A stretch of DNA of 54,407 bases from a virus (taxonomy: Duplodnaviria > Caudoviricetes): positions 1 to 54,407 of IMG/VR virus record IMGVR_UViG_3300032327_000339; one strand, given 5' to 3'. This document shows positions 29,054 to 38,383 of this stretch, piece by piece (within the stretch, counting starts at the first letter, position 1; every line of letters starts with the position of its first letter). The position numbers and the translations under genes were made by a program. The notes beneath the pieces were generated by a model, which worked only from the letters and a program-made list of their open reading frames with translations, was not told the DNA's origin and did no database searches.

Positions 29054-29481
29054 TGAATATAGTTTATACTGGTGGGACATTTGACTTGTTCCATTCTGGA
29101 CACGTTAATCTTTTAAAGAGATGTAGAGAAGTTGCTGGAGAAAATGGAAAAGTTGTTGTGTCAATTAATAAGAGTGATTTTATTAAACAATTTAAAGGTA
29201 AAGAGCCAGTCTGTACAGATGATGAAAGAGCATCTGTAGTTAAAGCTTGCAGATATGTAGATGAGGTTATTTTTAACTTGGGCGGGGAAGACTCAAAAAT
29301 ATCTATTGAGTTAATTGATCCTGACTATATAGTTGTAGGTTCTGATTGGGCTAAAAAAGATTACCATTCTCAAATGCAATTCACACAAGAATGGCTAGAT
29401 GAAAGAGGAATAGGTTTAGTTTATGTCCCATACAGCAAAGAAATATCATCTACAAACATTAAGAAAAGAATGGGTCAATGA
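29053..29481 (+). CDS. cytidylyltransferase (TagD/RfaE-like)
   Basis: YTGGTFDLFHSGH...VGSDW...ISSTNIK. Confidence 0.9.
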   Translation: MNIVYTGGTFDLFHSGHVNLLKRCREVAGENGKVVVSINKSDFIKQFKGKEPVCTDDERASVVKACRYVDEVIFNLGGEDSKISIELIDPDYIVVGSDWAKKDYHSQMQFTQEWLDERGIGLVYVPYSKEISSTNIKKRMGQ

Positions 29482-31553
29482 TAAAAACATATGTTGTAGT
29501 TTGGAATAATGTTTTTGATAACCTAGAATCTATTACAAATCAGGTTTCTAATTATTCTATTATTAATTCTGATGCTCCAGAGGATCCATCTTGGAATAAC
29601 TTAGGTATGATTTGGTATTATAAACAATTACACTTTGCTTTTAAAGATTTTATTGAAAATACAAATGATGATATTTTTTGTTGGTTAGCAACAGATATTA
29701 AATCTGAAAATTTTAAGGGTGTGTTTGAGAAAGCAGAAGAAATTTTATCCGTCCCAAACAATGCTTTATATGGTCCACATACTACATTTGAGGCTTGGTC
29801 AGAAAGTACCACATCTCTTAAAAAATATAAAAATGGAATAAACTACGCTACACAAACTGACGGTGCTTTTTTCTTTATGAAAAGGGATATAGTAGAAACA
29901 ATGCTTTCTTATATGGACTATTTAGACTCTAAAGAAGATTTAAAGTCTATGAAGTCTGGATGGGGTATGGATTATATATGGTGTGCCCTTGCTATTTATA
30001 AAGAAAAGTATATCTTCCGTGATACGGAACAAATAGTATTCCATCCACAGGGAAGCTCCTATGATCACAGCGTTGCCAGTGCTGAGATGGAAACAGTTAT
30101 AAATATATTTTATGAATACTGCGACTTAAATAATTTAAACTCTGAACAACTTAAAAATATTATTCTTAATATTACTAAAAGAATGAGTAGAGATCCAGAC
30201 TATATGAGTCTTTCTAATTTTTATAAAAATCCAGAAAATATTAATTATACGATTGTTTCAATTAGTGATGATAGAGCAGAAAATAAAAATAGAATTAAAC
30301 AAATTCTAGGAGAAAAATCTTTAATAAATATTAAACCTTTAAATGCTAGTGATGATGAAGAATTATTTAGTTTTTTAGATGAAAATAAAAACTTTAACCT
30401 AAACCTTGAAAAATATAAATTAGGAGAAATAGGTTGCTTTGGAAGTCATTATAAAATCTGGCAGTACCTAGCCTCTTCTAAAATAGATAAGATCTTAGTA
30501 TTTGAAGATGATGCTTTTATTAGTGATGATTTCATTTTTGATGTAAGTGAAGCACTAAAACAATTACCAAGTAAATATGATTTGTTTAGTGTCTATGTAG
30601 ATCCAAATCAATATGACAGGCACGAAGAAGCACATATATTTAATGATACTATTTCAAAGGCTTACCAAGATTGGTCTACCTTATGTTATGTAATAACAAA
30701 AGCTGGTGCAAAGAAAATGTTAAAATTTATTAAAGATAATGGAACAAGCCACCCAGTAGATTGGTTTATTTTTAGAAATGCTGCAAAAGATATTTTTAAT
30801 GTTTACACTTTTAATCCAGCCACTGGTTCTCCTATGTCAATTAATGACGGTGGAAACTCAAATATACAGACTACGGAGTTCTTTATGGAATATACCTTTA
30901 AAAAGTTTTTAAAAGAGCACGGAGAAAGCCAATACTCACAGAACAAGCAAGATCTTTTTGCGTTATTTATTCACGGAAAAGATCCAGGATACTTTGTTGA
31001 GTTCGGTGCTTGTGATGGATTATATTTAAGTAATACCATTTTGCTCGAAAAAGATTATGGATGGACTGGAATCCTTTCGGAACCAGCACCATCATATTAT
31101 GAACAATTAATTAAAAATAGAGATTGCCATTTAGAAAGTCTATGTGTAACTGATAAGACTGGAGATAAAGTAGATTTCCTTGAGGTAGATATAAGTAGCG
31201 ATAAAGGTTTGTCTGGATTAACAGAATTTGTATTCCAAGATCACCACGCTGAGACCAGAAGAAATAATAGCTCTTCTTATGAAGTAGAAACAATATCTCT
31301 CAAAGATATGCTAGATAAGTATGATGCTCCAGATCACATTGATTTCTTGTCTATTGACACCGAAGGATCAGAATATTTAATTTTAAATGGTTATGATTTT
31401 TCTAGAGACTTTAAAGCTATAGCGGTTGAACACAACGGAACAGCAAATAGAGAAAAAATTTATGACCTATTAACCTCAAAAGGATACCAAAGAGTGCTAT
31501 TGGAGTTTAGTGCTTGGGATGATTGGTATATTAAACCAGATCTAATAAGTTAA
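29478..31553 (+). CDS. fusion: GT-A-like domain + GT25 glycosyltransferase + FkbM methyltransferase
   Basis: SGWGMD, GEIGCFGSH..IW...LVFEDD (GT25), and YSQ..QD...FVEFGACDG..SNT...LSIDTEGSE (FkbM). Confidence 0.82.
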   Translation: MIKTYVVVWNNVFDNLESITNQVSNYSIINSDAPEDPSWNNLGMIWYYKQLHFAFKDFIENTNDDIFCWLATDIKSENFKGVFEKAEEILSVPNNALYGPHTTFEAWSESTTSLKKYKNGINYATQTDGAFFFMKRDIVETMLSYMDYLDSKEDLKSMKSGWGMDYIWCALAIYKEKYIFRDTEQIVFHPQGSSYDHSVASAEMETVINIFYEYCDLNNLNSEQLKNIILNITKRMSRDPDYMSLSNFYKNPENINYTIVSISDDRAENKNRIKQILGEKSLINIKPLNASDDEELFSFLDENKNFNLNLEKYKLGEIGCFGSHYKIWQYLASSKIDKILVFEDDAFISDDFIFDVSEALKQLPSKYDLFSVYVDPNQYDRHEEAHIFNDTISKAYQDWSTLCYVITKAGAKKMLKFIKDNGTSHPVDWFIFRNAAKDIFNVYTFNPATGSPMSINDGGNSNIQTTEFFMEYTFKKFLKEHGESQYSQNKQDLFALFIHGKDPGYFVEFGACDGLYLSNTILLEKDYGWTGILSEPAPSYYEQLIKNRDCHLESLCVTDKTGDKVDFLEVDISSDKGLSGLTEFVFQDHHAETRRNNSSSYEVETISLKDMLDKYDAPDHIDFLSIDTEGSEYLILNGYDFSRDFKAIAVEHNGTANREKIYDLLTSKGYQRVLLEFSAWDDWYIKPDLIS

Positions 31554-31603
31554 TTAAATGAAGTTTAAAAACTAGGTATACAAATATACCCCTTAAATAC
31601 GTT

Positions 31604-31633
31604 AAAGCCCCCAGATTCGCTCTAGGGGCTTTT
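31604..31633. terminator. bidirectional terminator between convergent units
   Basis: AAAGCCCC...GGGGCTTTT hairpin. Confidence 0.75.
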
Positions 31634-31709
31634 AACATACCTTCTATACGGCGTTTCGGCGAGAAAGAAACAACCAAATAAAATGGAACAACGTGTTCCT
31701 TATTCCAGT

Positions 31710-32228
31710 TTACACCGCAAGATAATCTATTGGACCACGACAGCCGACAGACAGTTCTATTGCAGCAGAAACTGCTGTCCTCACTCTTTTTTCGGCTGAC
31801 TTCCACGAAGCGGTGGTGTACAAAGAACCCAGAGCAATAGATGCACCTGAACCTATAGCCATATAATCCACAGGCAATACTTGCCAATCTGAAGTATCCA
31901 TTAGATACAACTCTTCTGATACTCCAATAAGAAATGAAGCGTGAGCACCTTCTTTAAGATCTACACCTGAATCTACTAATGCCTTGCGTACCGCAGAGAC
32001 AAAGGTAGTTCGCATAAACTTTTCAATATTTCTTTTAGGTGGGGTAGGTAGCGTCATATAATGCAGAAGCTGTCCAGTTCCAGGACAGTCTGCATAACCA
32101 ATAATATAAGGACCATTTTGGCGGATCTTAGGAGCAGACATAGACATAATGATATCGTCATCTGATATACCTCTATCTGAACATAGATGTACACCTTCTG
32201 AATCCAATAGTCCTACAATTACCGTCAT
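31710..32228 (-). CDS. Ntn-hydrolase, proteasome-beta/HslV-like peptidase
   Basis: N-terminal MT, SDR...K...IG..D, AIGSGA..ALG.L. Confidence 0.8.
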   Translation of the reverse strand: MTVIVGLLDSEGVHLCSDRGISDDDIIMSMSAPKIRQNGPYIIGYADCPGTGQLLHYMTLPTPPKRNIEKFMRTTFVSAVRKALVDSGVDLKEGAHASFLIGVSEELYLMDTSDWQVLPVDYMAIGSGASIALGSLYTTASWKSAEKRVRTAVSAAIELSVGCRGPIDYLAV

Positions 32229-32421
32229 TTTTTCTTGTCCTCGTAATACTTTTTGACATTATAAAAGCAATTAATTGCTACAAATAACAAAACAAAACTA
32301 TCTATGATTACGGTCATTTTTTCCTCTCTGTGGTACATCTAAAATGTAACATTTGTCACATTGTTCATTGCCTTGCTTATCGTGAAAGAAAATATCTATC
32401 TTCTTGTCACATACTGTGCAC

Positions 32422-32598
32422 TTAGTCATTAAAATCGGCAGGTAAAGTTAGCCAATTATCTGGGTTTGCTAGATTCCACTTAGCAAGAGCACCCTTAACT
32501 ACCTGTACTTTTTCTTGTGCACTCATTGGTCTGCCTAGTTCTGCTTCCATCTGTGGAATAGACTGGCTCATAATTTCTAAAAAGTCTACTATATTCAT
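32422..32598 (-). CDS. hypothetical protein (not in ORF track)
   Basis: MNIVDFLEIMSQSIPQMEAELGRP..., coupled to the upstream ORF. Confidence 0.6.
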   Translation of the reverse strand: MNIVDFLEIMSQSIPQMEAELGRPMSAQEKVQVVKGALAKWNLANPDNWLTLPADFND

Positions 32599-32882
32599 TC
32601 ATTTTCCTCTTCTTCAAATAGCTTCCATAAAGTTGCTGTTTCACCTAAGACAAACATAAGTTGTTTACCATAAACTTCAGTGTTACGATGAGATAGCCAT
32701 TCAAGGGCTAACTTCTTTACATCATCTAATATCTCAGATTTTGGCGGGTTAGCCAGATACTCATCCATATATTTACTATAGATATCAAATAACATCTCTT
32801 CATACTCATCAGAGGATAATACTATATTGTTTTGATCACAATATAATGCTAATGCTTCTTCTGCTCGTTTTCTAATTGTCAT
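32595..32882 (-). CDS. hypothetical protein
   Basis: TATAAT, 6 nt, ATG (leaderless-type start). Confidence 0.7.
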   Translation of the reverse strand: MTIRKRAEEALALYCDQNNIVLSSDEYEEMLFDIYSKYMDEYLANPPKSEILDDVKKLALEWLSHRNTEVYGKQLMFVLGETATLWKLFEEEENE

Positions 32883-32956
32883 ACACAAATTATATCAGAG
32901 TATATGCTGATTGTAAAGGTTTATCTTCCGTCCTTTTGTTGCAAGGATAACTAAAG

Positions 32957-33098
32957 TTATCCACAATTTATTCACAATAGTTATCCACAATTTGTACCAA
33001 AGTTATCCACAAGTTATCCACATATACATTCATCTAATAGATTATATAGACATAGAGAATTGATTTTGATTTGTATGAGTAATTGTGAGTTATCCACA
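32957..33098 (+). promoter_or_regulatory. DnaA-box cluster
   Basis: TTATCCACA at 32957, 32981, 33003, 33014 and 33090, and TTATTCACA at 32968. All co-oriented and intergenic. Confidence 0.8.
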
Positions 33099-33388
33099 AC
33101 CCTCGTAATATCTCAAACCTGACATATATTCCTGTGAATTTTATCCTTTGATCGTAATCCCATACCAAATATACCTTGACAAACTGCCTGAAATATGCAT
33201 ACAAAATGCATCAAAAACACAGATAAAACTATCAGAAATGATATAAAACTGTGTAAAAATGCAGGATTTTATTCTGATTCCATATGTTTTTATATACATT
33301 GTATTATCTCCTATAGTAAATAGTATATGTCAAGGGTATTTTTGTTAAATCCCCGCAAATTTTTGACCTCTTCGTAATGTCTAACAAA

Positions 33389-33586
33389 TTAATCTTGGGG
33401 TCGATGCCACAAAGGTTGTGATATATTAATGTCTGATAAATCTAATTGTGATTGAGATCGGATTTCATTAAGAACCTTATCCATTATCCCTGTAATAGGT
33501 ATCATATATATACCTGCCTTTGTATAGTGTTCCATTAGCTTATATGCATATATTAAACCATCAGTATATGTTTTATCTTGATCCAT
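33389..33586 (-). CDS. hypothetical protein
   Basis: RBS GGAG. Confidence 0.65.
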   Translation of the reverse strand: MDQDKTYTDGLIYAYKLMEHYTKAGIYMIPITGIMDKVLNEIRSQSQLDLSDINISQPLWHRPQD

Positions 33587-33698
33587 TTTTTCTCCAAATT
33601 CCCGTGAATTTTTTATGTCTATCGTAATGTCTATTTATTTTATCTAGGGGTCGACCCTCCCCCACCAAAAGTCAATAGCTTTTGATAGGGGATTCTGG

Positions 33699-33929
33699 TT
33701 ATACAGGAAAGTCTGGTAACTTTACCGTTCCGTCATCATTGTATTCAGTAGGTTTGCCTAATCCGTCAAGTATTTGCATACCATTTATCCATTCATACGC
33801 ATTGGCTTTTGCTTGCCAATCCATTTCATCATTTGTAGCCCTTGCGAGCAACAACGGACTAATGCGTGTGTCTGAAAATACATCTGCTAACTTCTTCGCT
33901 TTCTGTCTGTGTTTTGCAATCCAAGTCAT
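33699..33929 (-). CDS. hypothetical protein
   Basis: RBS AAAGGA. Confidence 0.7.
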   Translation of the reverse strand: MTWIAKHRQKAKKLADVFSDTRISPLLLARATNDEMDWQAKANAYEWINGMQILDGLGKPTEYNDDGTVKLPDFPV

Positions 33930-33972
33930 AATTATCCTTTAGGTCTATTGTACCAAAAATGTGGGTGTTTGT

Positions 33973-34428
33973 CTAGACCCAATTACTATCATCTTTAATA
34001 AAGTCAACAGCCTCATCAATAGCATCATAGAAATTACTCTCACATACCATACCGTCAGGGAATTGGTCGTCATTGTATAGTTCCCACCAGGGATTGTTAT
34101 GATAAATCTCATATTCACGTTCTACTGACCATAGGTGTACTAGGTCAACTAAATCACTATCTGTTTCTGCAAACCGCTCTAACTCATCGGTGTAGCGACA
34201 GATATTAATCTCGTGTTCTACCCACTCGCCTGTGTCCATATCCTCACAAGGGATCGATAGATACATCTCCCCATTACGAGCGAGGTGCAAAGTACGTCCG
34301 TGATATTCCAATGTAGCCAAATCGGTACTTGATGTACCGTCTACATAGAACTCTGCCATTTGCTTATCTTCTGGCACCACCTCATAGTAGGTAATAGTTA
34401 CATCATCTCTGATTACTTTATTAGTCAT
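33973..34428 (-). CDS. acidic hypothetical protein
   Basis: ORF track, RBS GGAG. Confidence 0.75.
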   Translation of the reverse strand: MTNKVIRDDVTITYYEVVPEDKQMAEFYVDGTSSTDLATLEYHGRTLHLARNGEMYLSIPCEDMDTGEWVEHEINICRYTDELERFAETDSDLVDLVHLWSVEREYEIYHNNPWWELYNDDQFPDGMVCESNFYDAIDEAVDFIKDDSNWV

Positions 34429-34583
34429 TTAAAAACTCCGTTACTGTTTGGATAGCACTTGCATAACCGTGATGATATGCCCTGTCTAAATCTTCCTCGT
34501 GTTCGTCTAGCATTGACCAGTTATCTTCATCTTCTTTGATAACCTCTGAAAGAACGGTTTGCATATGTAAAAGTAGTGCTGAC

Positions 34584-34904
34584 TTATTCATTGATTAACT
34601 CCATATCTTCGTGCTGTAGGTAAAGGCTGTTATCTTCGATGTGGAAGTAATAACCCTGTGGAAGAAGTTCGTTAAACCAATGATATGCAATCTCAGCAAC
34701 ACCGAACAAATCCTCAACAGCATCTTCACTCTCACCAATCTGATTCTTAAGTTCTTTCCAATCTTCGATATTGATATCCCACCCAAAATGAATGGCAGTT
34801 TCAACTAACTGAATATCAAAAGATGAACCAGACATATGTGAACCGTCAATCCAACAACCCAAGTGGTCGGTAGTTACTTCTGATAGGTCATATACTTTCT
34901 GCAT
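34584..34904 (-). CDS. acidic hypothetical protein
   Basis: Start MQKVY, coupled to the upstream stop. Confidence 0.7.
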   Translation of the reverse strand: MQKVYDLSEVTTDHLGCWIDGSHMSGSSFDIQLVETAIHFGWDINIEDWKELKNQIGESEDAVEDLFGVAEIAYHWFNELLPQGYYFHIEDNSLYLQHEDMELINE

Positions 34905-35149
34905 TACCCCTCCAATTCTAATACTGCATTTGATAGTGCTTCGATACGTTCGGCAATCCAAGTTGGAACACCTAGGGCTTCTAAGTCCTCTGCTTCAATC
35001 TCTCCACCTGTGAACTCTGAACAACCATAAGTCATACAGTTCCAACCACAACCACCACCATCTTCATCGTCCCAAGTGGAGATGTTGGGGAACATAGCCT
35101 TTTCGCAATAGTCGCAATCAACGACTGTATCTTCTGTCCAAGTTTCCAT
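34904..35149 (-). CDS. acidic Cys-containing hypothetical protein
   Basis: CDYC...C...C....C. Confidence 0.7.
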   Translation of the reverse strand: METWTEDTVVDCDYCEKAMFPNISTWDDEDGGGCGWNCMTYGCSEFTGGEIEAEDLEALGVPTWIAERIEALSNAVLELEG

Positions 35150-35388
35150 TAGTCCTCCAAGTATCCGTAGTCATAAACATCTACATCAAATACATCATTC
35201 AGTTCCTCTTTGACTTCGATAGGAACGGTAGCAAACTCAATCGTATCCCAAACTTCCTGCCACTCTGACCAATCAAGGGTAGATAGTGTTTCGGCATTTA
35301 GGTCTGGTAGTAGGTGTAATAGACTATCTGGCACTACTACTTCCTGCCAAATGTCTTGTGTGCGTGTAAGTTGTCTAATTAATTTCAT
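35149..35388 (-). CDS. acidic hypothetical protein
   Basis: TAGGAT, 6 nt, ATG. Confidence 0.7.
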   Translation of the reverse strand: MKLIRQLTRTQDIWQEVVVPDSLLHLLPDLNAETLSTLDWSEWQEVWDTIEFATVPIEVKEELNDVFDVDVYDYGYLED

Positions 35389-35400
35389 AGGGAAATCCTA

Positions 35401-35592
35401 TCAGTTTTGGGGGGTATTGTCAATAGTAATTGGGGAAGGTGCATAAAAAGCTTCATTAAAGGTATCTACAACAACCTGACACATATCATCATATACCCAC
35501 TGTCTATCTATATCTAGGAACTGTGACTGAACAGTATCCATATAACTAATTAGATTCTCTTGTAGTTGTTCTTTAAGTTCAATTAGATTCAT
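35401..35592 (-). CDS. hypothetical protein
   Basis: ORF track, coupled. Confidence 0.65.
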   Translation of the reverse strand: MNLIELKEQLQENLISYMDTVQSQFLDIDRQWVYDDMCQVVVDTFNEAFYAPSPITIDNTPQN

Positions 35593-35762
35593 TATAACTT
35601 CTTCTTTCCAATAGTTACCTGTGGATAAACATTGTAGAACTGCTCTACAAACTTAAGGGCGGTATCCCAATATTGTAATTCAATACCTGTAGCATTATGC
35701 ATTTCAACTAGGTCATCTGCTAGTTGTTCTAATAGTTCTGATTCATATAACTTAAGCGTCAT
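35592..35762 (-). CDS. hypothetical protein
   Basis: Start MTLKLY. Confidence 0.6.
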   Translation of the reverse strand: MTLKLYESELLEQLADDLVEMHNATGIELQYWDTALKFVEQFYNVYPQVTIGKKKL

Positions 35763-35937
35763 CTTCCACTCCACTATCTTCTGGGTAATGTGTAATCTCT
35801 GTTACATCGATTGAATAAACTTCACCGAACATTGGGTACTCTTCCCAATTCCAGCCTTCCTGCTCTGCCTCTTCACGGCTGTCGGCTTCTACTTCATACA
35901 TAAAATTAACAGTTACTTCTACATCATAACTAGGCAA
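35752..35937 (-). CDS. small acidic protein, DpnD/PcfM-like pattern
   Basis: YDVEVT...EVEADSREEAE. Confidence 0.65.
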   Translation of the reverse strand: MPSYDVEVTVNFMYEVEADSREEAEQEGWNWEEYPMFGEVYSIDVTEITHYPEDSGVEDDA

Positions 35938-36151
35938 AATCTATCTCAACTCCTTGTGATTGGTAATCTACATTCTGTTCATCGTGGTCTACTGTATGAC
36001 CTTTTGCCTCAAAGTAGTCAAACATATCTTCATAGTCTATCGCTTCATCGGGGTCATTGTCAATAGTAAATGCTTCATATTCTTCATCAGTAATCTGAAT
36101 AGTAAATGTATGTTCAGATAATACTTCATATGTCTTAGTTAGAATTGGCAT
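35930..36151 (-). CDS. small acidic protein
   Basis: Start MPILTKTY after RBS GAGGAG. Confidence 0.65.
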   Translation of the reverse strand: MPILTKTYEVLSEHTFTIQITDEEYEAFTIDNDPDEAIDYEDMFDYFEAKGHTVDHDEQNVDYQSQGVEIDFA

Positions 36152-36311
36152 TTGATAACTCCTCAATATCATTTGAATCAAATTGACGACCATCTTCATC
36201 TTCAATAACGTGATAGTCTACGTCCCATTGGTTATCACAATACATTTGTTCTGCTTCTTGTAGGGTATCTGCTGTAATATATCCATAAACAATTACCTGG
36301 TAGTCTGGCAT
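36135..36311 (-). CDS. small acidic protein, DpnD/PcfM-like pattern (not in ORF track)
   Basis: MPDYQVIVYGYITADTLQEAEQ..., RBS AAGGAG, downstream of a module promoter. Confidence 0.7.
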   Translation of the reverse strand: MPDYQVIVYGYITADTLQEAEQMYCDNQWDVDYHVIEDEDGRQFDSNDIEELSNANSN

Positions 36312-36492
36312 ATTTCTCCTTGTTTGGTTGATACCTGTATCCTATCACAGACCACTGACATTTTCAATACTTTTTTCCGTGAATTTTTAACCTCTTCGTA
36401 AATAGGTACTTTTAAGGGTCGACCTAGATTTCCGTGAATTTTTTGATCCTTCGTAAATAGGCAGCTTTAGGGGTCGACCCCCAAGGGCAAAG

Positions 36493-36514
36493 AAAAAGCC
36501 CACCGAAGTGGGCT
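36493..36514 (-). terminator. intrinsic terminator
   Basis: On -: AGCCCAC-TTCG-GTGGGCT followed by TTTTCTTT. Confidence 0.8.
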
Positions 36515-36519
36515 AATCC

Positions 36520-36684
36520 TTACTTAACGATTTCGTAGGGGAACTCTCGTTCTCCGCTGTTAAGTTGTCGCTTGCTTGCATTATCTACAAACTTGCCATT
36601 CTGGTCTCGCACAACCGCACGTTCGGACTGTCCAAATCGTGTGTTCCACATTTCCTTGTGAATGAATAGTTCTTTCTTTGCCAT
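36520..36684 (-). CDS. hypothetical protein (not in ORF track)
   Basis: MAKKELFIHKEMWNTRFGQSERAVVRDQNGKF..., RBS AAAGGAG. Confidence 0.7.
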   Translation of the reverse strand: MAKKELFIHKEMWNTRFGQSERAVVRDQNGKFVDNASKRQLNSGEREFPYEIVK

Positions 36685-36767
36685 TTGTTTCTCCTTTGTT
36701 AGAAAATAGAAGGGTTTTTGGTTATGTGGTTATCCCTTGCCACATCTTTTCTACCTACCCGCAGAAC

Positions 36768-37208
36768 CTAGCCCTCATTACAATAGACTACAAATGTCTC
36801 GTAGTCTGTGACTTCGTAGTCAGAGTTTTCACTTGATACATCAAATGAGAAATCGCTACCGTCTACACTATCGGCTTCAATGCCAATCGGTAGAGTCATT
36901 GTAACTGAGAAAGTTACATTCACATCAACGACTACTTCGTTGGTGAGTTCAATGCCAAGCAAACGAGCAATCTCATCTGCGTGTTCGCCAAGTTCCTCAT
37001 AGTTTTCTACAAGGTATTCACGAACATTCTCAATGCTTGCATCTAGTTTGGCAATACGCTTTGTGCGTAGTGTGTCATTGTTCTTTAGTGATGTTACCTC
37101 GTGTGCTTCTAGCACAAGCGGTGTCACGCCTGAATAAACAGGCTGGTGAACATTCACGACAACTTTAGCGTATGGGTCATAAGTTACTTCTGGTGTTGTT
37201 TCGTTCAT
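36768..37208 (-). CDS. acidic hypothetical protein
   Basis: ORF track, RBS AGGAG. Confidence 0.75.
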   Translation of the reverse strand: MNETTPEVTYDPYAKVVVNVHQPVYSGVTPLVLEAHEVTSLKNNDTLRTKRIAKLDASIENVREYLVENYEELGEHADEIARLLGIELTNEVVVDVNVTFSVTMTLPIGIEADSVDGSDFSFDVSSENSDYEVTDYETFVVYCNEG

Positions 37209-37209
37209 T

Positions 37210-37899
37210 TTATTCTCCTGATTGGGTAGTGGTTGATAGTTCTAATTCTAGCGTATCTTCATCTGGATTGTCAAGACAGTTTCCAGATTCTGCCCAACCA
37301 CATTGTTCACAAGGAATGTCTAGTTCCTCAAAATCTGCGTGTGTTGGATTGTCAATGTATCGGTCTTTCACAAGTTCACCATTAGAATAAACTAAGATAC
37401 CTGCAAAGAAATTGGCTTCCTCTGTAATCTCATAACTAAAATCAAGATTAGGGAAACGCTTTGCGATTGCGTCATAGGCTTCTACGGCTGGCGACCAAGC
37501 GGTTTGGAAGTACCAGTGGAAATAATAGTCACCGTCATTGTTTTGGTCAAAGTCACCAATCTCATCTCGGTGTATGGTAATGTCCCACTTAGTACCCCAG
37601 TTACGAACATTCCAATGATACCAGTCCATACCTGTCGCAAGTTCTTCCTGAAAGTGTTCCATAGTAGACATACCCTCTGGGGTAGGCTTTACTGTGGAAG
37701 TTCCAAAGTATGCGTCAAGGTCGGTTGGTGTGATGAAGTTCCAGAAAACACCCTTAGTGTTCTCATCTACAACAACTTCCTTTGACTTCCAATCTTCCCA
37801 ATGAGAAGTGTGTGGCTGGTCACAGAAGTCAATAAATTCATTTAGTTCTGCTTCGGTCTTTGCAGATACGATTACAGAATTACTTGTCCAGTTTGGCAT
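37210..37899 (-). CDS. DUF1281/YubB ferredoxin-like family protein
   Basis: MPNWxxN...WYHWNVRNWGTKWD...FQTAWSP. Confidence 0.8.
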   Translation of the reverse strand: MPNWTSNSVIVSAKTEAELNEFIDFCDQPHTSHWEDWKSKEVVVDENTKGVFWNFITPTDLDAYFGTSTVKPTPEGMSTMEHFQEELATGMDWYHWNVRNWGTKWDITIHRDEIGDFDQNNDGDYYFHWYFQTAWSPAVEAYDAIAKRFPNLDFSYEITEEANFFAGILVYSNGELVKDRYIDNPTHADFEELDIPCEQCGWAESGNCLDNPDEDTLELELSTTTQSGE

Positions 37900-37960
37900 T
37901 TGTTTTCCTTTTGGTAGGTTATGGAAATAGTCTATCAGTTATGGGCGGTAAAGTACAGAG

Positions 37961-38158
37961 TTATTCTGAACTATTTTCATCTAGGTTTACAACATCTAAG
38001 TCAAAACCATTCCAGTCATAGGTAGCACCTTTGATTAGTGGTAGACCGTCCCATTCATTACGAATGTGTGACTCGTCAATTTCATCTGCTTCACCATCAA
38101 AGTCAATCACGATAGAGTCAGATACATAAGCGGTGAAGTTGATTTCGTACTGTGGCAT
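37961..38158 (-). CDS. small acidic protein
   Basis: Start MPQYEINF after RBS GAAAAGGA. Confidence 0.7.
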   Translation of the reverse strand: MPQYEINFTAYVSDSIVIDFDGEADEIDESHIRNEWDGLPLIKGATYDWNGFDLDVVNLDENSSE

Positions 38159-38290
38159 TTTATTTCCTTTTCGGTAGGTTGATAAATCAAGCATACCAGA
38201 TAGCACTGACATTTTCAATAGTTTTTTCCGTGTTTTTTTTGAAGCCCTCGTAAATAGAAGCTTTGGGGGTCGACCCCCAGGATCCAAACG

Positions 38291-38363
38291 TACCCCCAGT
38301 AGGACTTGAACCTACGACCCACAGATTAAAAGTCTGTTGTTCTACCATCTGAACTATGGAGGC
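38291..38363 (-). tRNA. tRNA-Lys (TTT)
   Basis: Reverse complement GCCTCCA...ACAGA-CTTTTAA-TCTGT...GGTTCAAGTCC...TGGGGGT-A. Confidence 0.92.
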
Positions 38364-38383
38364 TTGCCCCGAAGGGCAGAGGA

